From the NCBI GenBank assembly GCA_965644315.1, contig CBFFRQ010000087.1, forward strand, positions 79,724-143,723: a stretch of 64,000 bases of DNA, read 5' to 3'. Position 1 is the stretch's first letter, and the number at the start of each line of letters is the position of its first letter. Positions 12,001 to 24,702 of the stretch are shown here, in pieces. The position numbers were made by a program, and so were the translations under genes. This DNA comes from Caecitellus pseudoparvulus (taxonomy: Eukaryota > Protista > Bigyra: Bicosoecida). The notes under the pieces were generated by a model that saw only the letters and a program-made list of their open reading frames with translations, was not told the DNA's origin and searched no databases.

Positions 12001-15000
12001 CGAACTGCACAGTTGCTGCGGAGGACGTTCCGGACAAAGACAACAGCGACCCTGAAGCTGTTGAGTTGAGAATGTGTACTTGGCGTGCTGTGACGTGAGT
12101 GTGACCGCTATGTGCATCTCCAAAAAGAGATCCATGACTCAAAATGTTCCTCATCTGTACAGATGTCAAGTCAAAGTGGAGATGGCTCGACCCGAACGGG
12201 GGGGGGCGGGTCCATGGCCCAGCCGACACACCACAAACGGCGACAGCGTGCACTTTGCCCGATTCGACTTCAAGCCGTTTGTTTTGGTGCACCCAGCTGG
12301 CAGTCATTGTGGTGCTTCTGTTCTCAGCGATGATTACTTCTACACCTGCATAGTAGCCATCACCAGTGATGGACTCAAGCAGCGTTGGCTTGGGTGGCAA
12401 CTGCCCAAGCCAGCCCATCCGCAGAGCTCCTTCTGCGGTGACTGTGCTGAATCCAGGGTCTGTAGGTGAGAGCAGACCTTTGGATGTTGAAGAGGAGTGC
12501 TTCACAGGCGCAATGAAGATGACCTTTCCAGCAAACGTCGGCGGCAGAGCTGACTTGGCGATGGTAGCGTAGTCCGCAAGGGAAGCAACATGCATGGGCA
12601 GCATCTCCATCCCCTTGCACTGCTCAACAACTTCGCCTGGGAGAAGGTACGTGCTATATACATCCGATGCTGCAAGACATCGGATGCCATCTTGAAGTCC
12701 CAGCGCTATTTCCATATCTGAGCAGTGCGCCCAAGGGCGAGCGCTCGAAGCAGGGACAAACGAGTTGGCCAGGCCACTTGCAAAGTGTGAGTCATTTACT
12801 TGGAGTCTGTGAAGCTCAATCCTTCCAGGTGATTGCAGCAGGCTCTCTACATGGAAAGCAGATGCGTTCACTTGCACAGCAGTCAACGACATGTTCGTGG
12901 CCGTGACTTGGGCTTGGCCGCCCACCGCATGCAGAACGCTGGACCAACCCGTCGCCCGTTTCAGGGCCACGTGGCGCATGCTTACACGTGTCATTGCTTC
13001 GTCACCTGCCATGCCACAGTCTTCGGTGTGGATCATTGCCGCTTGGCCTTTGACGCTGGCATGGGTATCACGGGCGGAGAAGGCGCTAAGGGCAATGGAA
13101 GCCCGACCGGAATGCGCCGCGCAAACCCCTGCCACCTCGTGCGAGGTGGGATTCAGAGGGTCTGCACAGGAGACTTGTAGAATCGTGGAAGTGGTGCTGT
13201 GTCTGACTTGGAGCACCAGACAAGAATCCTCTGCACCAGGTCGTGTCACCACTCGACTCATAGAAGTCGGGATGCCACGCAGCGGCTTGCCAGTCCACCG
13301 GGACACGATGACATCCTGCTGCGGATCATACTCGTCGTCGAGCAGCAGCCAGGGCACCTCATTTCCCGACTCCTTCACAGCCAAAAGAGCCGCCGTCAGC
13401 ATGTCAAAGCCGTCCTCGAGCGAGAGAAGCCGCGTTCCGCTAGCGTGGCATAAGCTGCGTGCGAAGTTGACACTTAAAGTCGCTGGGATTGCAACATTCT
13501 TCAACCAAGGTGCGCCCCCCTTCGTTGTTGTTGCCCACTGCGAGAACAAGTTGCTTGCTGAATAAATCGCGGCGTCCTGCAGGTGAACCAGCTTCCCTGT
13601 CTCGGACGAGCTGCCAGGGTCTTTGCAACTTTGGACGTGCATGGCCGGCTGCCGCGACAGAGTTACATGGTCCAAGGAAACTGAATCTGCCACCACGCTT
13701 GGTGAGTGGGCAAGCGCGCGAAGAAGTGCAATGCCCGTGGTATTCCTGAGGGTCACAGATGAAATGAATGTGTTGGAATCTTGCGCACTGTCAGGGTTGT
13801 CAACAGCTAAGAGCGCTCCAAGGGCAGACTGGCTGGAGCAGTTATCGAGCGCAACTCGAGAAACTTGGGCGACTTGAACGTTGGCACCCCATACAATGCC
13901 AGGGTCTATGAACGAAACTCCTGCCACTGTAGTGTTTGAGAGATGAACCAGCTGCGCTGAGGTTGCTTGCAAGATGCGCGGCTGCAGGCCGAGTACGCCG
14001 CCTGCGGCAGACACTTGTAGGTCAGATAGCTGGCAATGGGAGATTTTCTCACATGACAGGACTGCAGGCATGCACATCGAGGTCTGCATGCGGACCCCAT
14101 GCACACGAACTGAGCCATCGACAGTGAAGGAGTTCAAGGCTGACAGAAGGCTAACAACTTCAGCATCCGGGGCAGCTGGGCATGATCCCGAGTGAACCAA
14201 CACATCATGGACTCGAACCTTGACAGCAGATGAAAACTCAGCCAAGCAAGCAGCTCCTACAGCTTGAACATGCTTCACACGCTCCAAGGCTACTGACGGC
14301 GCTGCCAGATCAAATGCGCAAGCGAAAGCACCGTGCCGCGCATCGTGGACGGTGACATTTTGCAAGACAATCTCTCCACCTGAGTATCCATGCTGTAAGA
14401 TGGCATCTCGAGATTCAGCTGTGCGTGAGAAGGCCACGTTGCGAACCAGGGCTTGGAAAGCACCGATGAAGACACCTCCATATGAAGTGCTTGACAAATA
14501 GTCAATGTATATGTTGCCAATCGCCACCCTTCCGAAGCCTGCCCCAGAGTCTGAGACGCTCAAGTGTAGCTTCGCATCAAGTTCCAGGCGAGGGTCTTTG
14601 GCAACAGGTGCACACGGGGAGATGATCTGGCATGCTTCGCTTATCTCACTTTGCGTAGCGCCCCGCAGCACGAGACTCCCTTCCCACGCTATTTCGACCA
14701 AGTATTTGATCTTGTGTTCTCCAAAAACGACCAGCTCAAGCGGAAGATCTGGGCCTGCCTCTCGATGAGCCGCAGGCACTGCTACAGCAACTGACTCCCA
14801 CCCAACGCAGACAAGGTCGTACCCTTCTTCGTCCAGCACTCTGCAGCCTGCTAAGTCGAGGTGCTTACGACCCGGGCTTGTTGCCAAGAGACCATCGAGC
14901 TCAGGAAGCACAGCAACTCGCCAGGTTCCATCTCCAGCCAAATCGAAGCGAGTGCGTTCGTGTGGACCCTCCAGAGCAAAGCCGCCTCCAATGCTGAATG

Positions 15001-16855
15001 GAGGAAATGAAGTTGTTACAACAACTGACATGTTCAGTGTCCGGGTTCGCTGAGGTTGCCAAACAGCGGGTGTTGGCCATGCAGAGGCCTTTGCCCCATC
15101 ACTTGGGGTTGCAGATGGAGAGAAAACCATGCTTGCGGACGGAGATGGGGGGGACGAGGGGGTCGGCAACATAGTTGCACGTGCAGTTTCCGAGCTAGAC
15201 GGACTAGGAACTGCAGTGGGGGATGGGGTCACGCTACGTGCCGAGGGACTCACAGAGGAAGTCAACGTTGGCGATCCTGAAGGTGAAAAAGTGGGACTAC
15301 TACTTGAGGAACTGGACGGAGATGCAGATGGCGTCACAGTCGCGGATGGAGATGCAGAGGGGGCTTTTGAGCTACTTTCAGATCCACCACCTGTACCAGA
15401 TCCTGGCAATGTGCCAGTGCCAGTGCCAGTGCCAGTGCCGCCAGGGTACGTGCCAGTGCCGCCGGGGTACGTGCCAGCGCCGGCGCCAGTGCCAGTGCCA
15501 GTGCCGCCAGGGTACGTACCAGCGCCGCCAGGGTACGTGCCAGCGCCGGCGCCAGTGCCAGTGCCGCCAGGGTAGGTGCCAGCGCCGGGGCCAGTGCCAG
15601 TGCCAGCGCCGGGGCCAGTGCCAGTGCCAGTGCCGCCAGGGTACGTGCCAGCGCCGGGGCCAATGCCAGTGCCAGTGCCGCCAGGGTACGTGCCAGCGCC
15701 GGGGCCAATGCCAGTGCCGCCAGGGTACGTGCCAGCGCCGGCGCCAGTGCCAGTGCCGCCAGGGTAGGTGCCAGCGCCGGGGCCAGTGCCAGTGCCGCCA
15801 GGGTACGTGCCAGCGCCGGCGCCAGTGCCAGTGCCGCCAGGGTACGTGCCAGTGCCGCCGGGGTACGTGCCGGGGCCAGTGCCAGTGCCGCCAGGGTAGG
15901 TGCCAGCGCCGGGGCCAGTGCCAGTGCCAGCGCCGGGGCCAGTGCCAGTGCCAGTGCCGCCAGGGTACGTGCCAGCGCCGGGGCCAGTGCCAGTGCCAGT
16001 GCCGCCAGGGTACGTGCCAGCGCCGGGGCCAATGCCAGTGCCGCCAGGGTACGTGCCAGCGCCGGCGCCAGTGCCAGTGCCGCCAGGGTAGGTGCCAGTG
16101 CCGCCGGGGTACGTGCCGGGGCCAGTGCCAGTGCCGCCAGGGTACGTGCCAGCGCCGGGGCCAGTGCCAGTGCCGCCAGCGTAGGTGATGGTACCCTTTA
16201 TACTAGGTAGATCAATGTCTGGGTCCAAGAGGCTCCTTTTTTGTCGCTTGCTGTCTTGAGGCGCGTCGGGTTGGCGCATAGCTCTCTCGGCTCGCAGTAC
16301 TTGGCTCTCAACGATGACGCATTGCGTGTGAGCCCAGAGAACTTGTACCCGGAGGACAAGCTGCTCTGCTTCACGCGGAACTCTGCATGCAGCACTTATG
16401 GAAAGTGTTCGTTGAACTTTTGTACTGTCAAGAACTTCACACTCCATCCCTGGGTTGGCTTGTTGGTGTGTGGTTTGGGCTGCGTTTCCTTCTTCATTAA
16501 CCATCACCAGCGCAGCTCCCGCCCAGAGAACTTGTTGGTTTTCAGCAACGTGCGGGTCGTCAGCTGGAAGCTGGACATTGAGTGTTTCTCTGCCACAAGG
16601 AAGGGCGGTGGCGTAGTGTGTGGTGCTGGTCTGCAGGTGGGAGTTTCGCCAGGGAAGTCACAGAGCGCAGGCACGTGCTAGGACTCACGTGAAGGCCAGC
16701 TGTTGTCCAATGCGAATTGGAGGGAGCGCCAAACGAGTCGGCGCAACACAATGCTTATTATGCTGGTAGTTAATACGTCGTCCAGTTTCCAGCGCTGAGG
16801 CGTACGTGGCGAACAGGAGGAGCGCCGCGGCGGCCGCGTTTCGCGCAAGATGCAT
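3005..16855 (-). CDS. Giant (~4,600 aa) Pmp-like beta-helix cell-surface protein with Cys-rich juxtamembrane region and multipass C-terminus
   Basis: Uninterrupted 4500-aa ORF 3005..16507. Upstream signal-peptide exon [21 protein letters not shown] at ATG 16855 with a GTGAGT donor. GGA(I/L/V) and FxxN repeats at ~10150-11150. Repeated ~110-aa Cys-bracketed modules at ~4810-9620. CxxC and [13 protein letters not shown] at ~4430-4800. About 10 hydrophobic helices at ~3310-4420. Confidence 0.8.
15408..16182 (-). repeat. Coding minisatellite encoding (TYPGG-(TG)n-PGAG/AGAG)n
   Basis: Tandem GTGCCA, GCCAGGGTAC and GCGCCGG units on the + strand. Near-identical blocks at 15576-15767 and 15900-16091 are 324 nt apart. 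Confidence 0.95.
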
Positions 16856-17048
16856 GGCTGGCAGCGGTCAAGCGAAGGTTGTGCTCCCGCGAAGCTGTGA
16901 GGGCTACTGTTGAATGCTTTGTTCACGTACTGTGCGCAGTATCTCAATTCTCCCAGCGCAAGTGGAAATTGGTGGAGGGTGGCCTCAACTGCATTGGCTG
17001 TGATGCTTCAAAGAGCCCCCATCACGGGGGGGGACTGCGCGGGGCAGC

Positions 17049-19760
<2,712 letters not shown>

Positions 19761-20041
19761 GTTGAATGCTGCAGGGGTTGCTCCAGCACACGGAGGGGCA
19801 CAGGGAGTGCCTGGGGGGATGACAGTCGGAGGATTTGGAAGTGGTGCGGGCAGCGGAGTGAAGCGTGGTGCGCCGTGTGTGGAGGGGGTCACAGCTCCCT
19901 GCGTGTCCGCAGCACGTGGGGGGCATCGACCAGGCTGCAGCAGGCAGAGTGCCGTTCGTGACACTTCTCTCGCGATTGACAGCCCGAACGCTGTACTCCT
20001 TGCTCACGCTCTGGGCAGCAAGGCAGCCTCGAGGGTGTGTG

Positions 20042-20052
20042 TCAATTTCCGC
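20042..20052 (+). promoter_or_regulatory. Candidate core-promoter motif TCAATTTCCGC upstream of NOP2
   Basis: Lies 26 nt before ATG 20078. The same motif occurs before several other genes. Confidence 0.45.
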
Positions 20053-20077
20053 GTCCGGCCCCGCTGCACTGTGCAGC

Positions 20078-22841
20078 ATGGGCAAGCGCAGCGGCAAGAA
20101 GCAAGGTGGAGGGCGGAGGGTCTCCTTTGGCGGCATTATGCCGGCTACTCCCAGCAAGCCCACCAGCTCTGCAGCTGGCTCCCGAACAGGTGCGTGGCAG
20201 CGCCAACTGTTACCTCGCCGGGCTTGGAGCACGATGGCGTGGAACATGGTGCTGCGCGCCGTGCACAGCTCCCGCGAAAGGCCGAAAGACGGTGCAAGTG
20301 GACAGGGAAGTCAGTGTCCGCCTGCCTTTGAGCAGCAAGAAGGGCAAGGTCCCCAAGGCGTGCGTGGGCGTGTGCGGGGCGTGTCTCGCGCTGAATGTGA
20401 GGCAAGCACGAAACGCACTCGAAACGACACGCTTTGCCGGCGCAGAGTGTTGAAGCAGCGACGTGAGAGCTGGGCCAGCGCTTCAACAGTTGGCGATTCA
20501 GATGCTCAATCGTTTGCCTCGGTGCGTGGTGCGGTGGGGTTTTCCGGAGACTACTCCTGGTGCCGGCGTCCTGGGCCTGTTCTGCCGCCTGGCCCTCGTG
20601 CGTGCCCTGGCACTGCTTGCACTCCCCCGCGCTTCGACCCTCCCACAGCACGAGTTCGACGCGGCAGACATGGCCGAAGTTGCTGCGGGGGCGCCATCCC
20701 CTGCGTGGTCCCCCGCGCTGCAAGCTGCCGTGGCAGCCGAGGAGGGCGCCAGTGACAGTGCCAGCGCCAGTGACAGTGACGGCTCACCAGCCGCTGGTGC
20801 TGGGACGGCACTGAATCGCAGCCTGGTGCTCATGTCTGCGGCAGACTCCGAGTCTAACTCGGGGTCCAGTGCGGGGTCGGCGTCCGAGTCAGGGAGTGAC
20901 TCCGAGTCAGAGTCCGAGGGGGACTCGCCCCAGGCGCCGGCAGCCCCCCCTGCTGCGTTGTTCGGCGACGATGACTCCGAGGCCTCTGACGTGGACATCA
21001 CTGCTGGCGCCGGGGAGGCCCCTGCGTGGGATGCAGTGGACTCGGACAGCGATGGCAGTGGGGGGGAGGGGGCCCCCGTGGGGCGCCTGGAGGCCCTGGC
21101 AGCCGAGGCAGAGGCAGAGGAGGCGGAGGCGGCAGCGGAGGCTGCTGAGGCGGCAGCAGACATGCGAGCACAAGTGGAGGGGGAGAGTGATGCGTTTTAC
21201 CTGCCCAGCGCGGCCGAGCTGGAGGTGGAGGCCAGCCTGCCCCCCAACCTGCCCGCCATCCGCACGCGCATGGCTGGCATCGCGGGAGTACTAGGCAACT
21301 TCAAGGCGGAGCGGCAGGTGGACCGGAGCCGGGCGGACTACTTGGCGTGTCTGGCGTCGGACATGACGGCGTATTACGGCTACAACCCCGAGCTGGTGGA
21401 GATCTACCTGGACCTGTTCTCACCCGGCGAGGCGCTTGCGTTCATGGAGGCGAATGAGGGGGGGCGCCCCATGGTCATCCGCACCAACACCCTCAAGACG
21501 CGCCGGCGCGAGCTGGCCAAAGCCCTCATCAACCGCGGCGTGAACGTGGAGCCGCTGGCGGGGTGGAGCAAGGTGGCGCTGAAGGTGTACGACGCCCCCG
21601 TGCCCATCGGCGCCACACCTGAGTACATGGCGGGGCACTACATGCTGCAAGCGCCCTCCTCCATGCAGCCCGTGATGGCGCTGGGCGCACTGCCGGGGGA
21701 CCGCGTCCTGGACATGGCCGCGGCGCCGGGCGGCAAGACGACGCACATCGCGCAGGGCATGCGCAACCAGGGGCTGCTGGTGGCCAACGACAGCAAAAAG
21801 CACCGCCTGACATCCCTGTCAGCCAACCTGCAGCGCCTGGGCGTCACCTGTGCCGTGGTGTGCAACTACGACGGGCGGGTGCTGCCCACCGTCATGACTG
21901 GGTTTGACCGTGTTCTGCTGGATGCGCCGTGTTCCGGGCTGGGCGTCGTGGGCCGCGACCCCTCCATCAAGACGCAGAAGGGGCTGGGGGATGTCACCAA
22001 GATGGCAGCCATCCAGAAGCAGCTGGGCCTGGCAGCCATCGACTGCCTGGATGCCAACAGCAAGACGCCAGGGGGTGCTGTGTTCGTGTACTCCACGTGT
22101 TCCGTGTGCGTGGAGGAGAACGAGGCCGTCGTGGAGTACTTGCTGGCCCACCGCTGCGTGAAGCTGGTGCCGCTTCACCCCGAAGGAGCTGAGGATGTCG
22201 GGGAGCCGGGGTTCATCCGGCACCGCCACCGGCGCTTCCACCCCTCCATGAACCTCACCCGCCGCTTCTACCCGCACGTGCACAACATGGACGGCTTCTT
22301 CGTGGCCAAATTCCGCAAGTACGCCAACGCCATCCCCGAAGGCGCCGCCATGCCCACTGGCAGGCGCAAGATGACACCAGTGGCACCCGGTGCCGCCCTG
22401 GCGGAGCACAGTGACAGCGCGTCGGAGGGTGCCAGTGACAGCGACGAGCCTGGTGTGGAGGCAGGCGCAGCGGCTGCTGCGTTGCAGGGGGGAGTCAAGG
22501 GTGGCAAAGGCACCAAGCGCCCCCGTGACGCGCCACGCCCTGCCCACGCCGGCAAGCGCAAGCGCAAGAGTGCCACTATTCCAGCAGCCGTGGAGGTGCA
22601 AGGGCAGGCAGCCGCTGTGGAGGGGGCGGTGCAGGCGCTGTCTGCCAAGGCGCGTGACGCAGCCAAACGCGCAGCTGCCCACAAGAGCGGCGATGCGGCA
22701 CTGGCTCGGGTGGGGCTGTCCAAGGAGCAGTTGAAGCAGGCTGTGGCAGAGGAGGCGGCAGGGGCAAAGAAGGGCTCCTCTGGGCGTAAGGGCGGCAAGG
22801 GGCGCAAGGGCGGCTCTGGCCGGCGTGCAGGGGGCAAGTGA
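20078..22841 (+). CDS. NOP2: 25S/28S rRNA m5C methyltransferase NOP2/NSUN1
   Basis: Motifs YYGYN, IRTNTLKTRRRELAKALINRGVN, IGATPEYMAGHYMLQ, LDMAAAPGGKT, FDRVLLDAPCSG, YSTCS and RFYPHVHNMDGFF. Basic N-terminal exon from ATG 20078 (MGKRSGKK). 5' intron structure is approximate. Confidence 0.95.
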
Positions 22842-23067
22842 CGCCTTTGCGCCAGCGCGGAAAACGAAGGCGCGCCCCCCCAAGTTCTGACTACCGGGGG
22901 GGGGGTCTCCCACGGCAATGCAGCCCAGAACCCGCAAACACTAACACCACTCACTTTCAGCTCCCTTCCCACTCTTCGCACCCCCCTGCAGTCCTGAGCC
23001 CCTCCGCTCAACAGCTCGCGCATCGCGTGTGTCTGGTGCCTGCACCCCTTCAACCTCCGCATCCACC

Positions 23068-24477
23068 ATGCCTAAGACCAACACCGTCGAGGGCTTCCTC
23101 AAGGACCTGGCCGCTGGTACGTGCACTTTCATGCTGTTTGCAGTGTCTTCCGCTCCCTTCCAGTGCTACCTCGCGCGGGGACGGTGCTTGAACAGAGCAT
23201 GTTCCCGCCCGCGTGTTTCGCACCATCGCACCTCCCACACGCGCCCGGCCCCACACCTGCCCACCCTCGCGTCAACCTCAGGTGGCGTCGCCGGTGCCGT
23301 CTCCAAGACTGCCGTCGCCCCCATCGAGCGTGTCAAGCTGCTGCTGCAGGTACGTCGTGCGGCCTGGCGTGCCTTGGCGGGATTGCCCACGCTGCCACTG
23401 GCTCACCCTGCACTTGCCCTTCCCCACGCTGCTGCCACAGGTCCAGGACTCTGCCAAGCACATCGCTGAGGACAAGAAGTACAAGGGCATCATGGGTGCG
23501 TGCGAATGCCGTCGTTGCGCCGGGGCGTGTGCCCCTTTAGGGCCGCGGTCCCCGCGCGGCCTGGTCAATTCCCGCTCCACAAATGCCCACCCCGACACTG
23601 TCCCCCCGCGCTCCCCCCCTGCACAGACGCCTTCCGTCGCATCCCCGCCGAGCAAGGTGTGTGTCGTGCATGCCCTGTCACCGCAGCTCCCTCGTTGCTG
23701 AGGCCTGCAGCCGTCTGCGGGCATTGTTCCGTTTTGCGCCCAAGCTGACCCCCCCCCTTCACACCCCTCCTCTCAGGCATGTCCGCTCTGTGGCGCGGCA
23801 ACATGGCCAACGTGGTGCGGTACTTCCCCACCCAGGCCCTGAACTTCGCCTTCAAGGACACCTACAAGCAGATGTTCCTGGCTGGCGTGGACAAGAAGAC
23901 CCAGTTCTGGCGCTTCTTCGCCGGGAACCTGGCCGCTGGTGGTGCCGCTGGTGGCACCTCCCTGCTGTTCGTGTACCCTCTGGACTTCGCGCGTACCCGC
24001 CTGGCTGCCGACACCGGCAAGGGCGACAGCCGCCAGTACAACGGCCTGGTTGACTGCCTGACCAAGATCTACAAGGCTGACGGCGTCGCCGGCCTGTACC
24101 GTGGCTTCGGCGTGTCTCTGGGAGGTATCATCGTGTACCGCGCTGCCTTCTTCGGTGGTTTCGACACCGCCAAGGGCGCCATCTTCGAGGACCCCAAGAA
24201 GGCCCCCATCTGGGCCTCCTGGCTCGTGGCCCAGGTGGTCACCACCGTCTCCGGTGTCATCTCCTACCCCTTCGACACCGTGCGTCGTCGCCTGATGATG
24301 CAGTCCGGCATGCCCGCGGCTGAGCGCCAGTACTCTGGCACCCTGGACTGCTGGGCCAAGATCGCCGCCCAGGAGGGTGTCGGTGCCTTCTTCAAGGGTG
24401 CCTTCTCCAACATCCTGCGTGGCACTGGTGGCGCCCTGGTCCTGGTCATGTACGACGAGTTCAAGAAGCTCATGTAA
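23068..24477 (+). CDS. ANT: Mitochondrial ADP/ATP carrier (adenine nucleotide translocator)
   Basis: Exons 23068-23116, 23282-23349, 23441-23495, 23627-23656 and 23777-24477. Motifs [51 protein letters not shown] and [12 protein letters not shown]. Confidence 0.97.
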
Positions 24478-24702
24478 ATGCCCAGGCCGTGGGGCTGCTG
24501 TAGCCTGCGTTGCTGGCAGTGTTGGGAACTCTGGCAGGGGGGCCTGCCACCTCACTCCGAGAGGTGTCGGGTGCAGCCCCCCCTGTCAAATGCACTGCAG
24601 AGCTGAACACCTCAACTTGCGCACGGCGGCGGAAGCTTGCTTTGTGGTAGGGGTATGGCGGGGTGCATTGCGATATGCTGCTGCTCCTGCTGCCAGTTTG
24701 GT

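Noticed and set aside
15408-16182. CRISPR-like array
   Set aside because: There are no unique spacers and no cas genes. It is an in-frame coding repeat in eukaryotic DNA.
15223-16188. Cys/Gln/Arg-rich (CQCRQG)n 'metallothionein-like' ORF, plus the ALALAP and PVPVP ORFs
   Set aside because: They are alternative-frame readings of the Gly-Thr minisatellite embedded in the 4500-aa ORF.
24283-24300. RRRLMM instead of the RRRMMM ANT signature
   Set aside because: This is a conservative variant and all other carrier motifs are intact.
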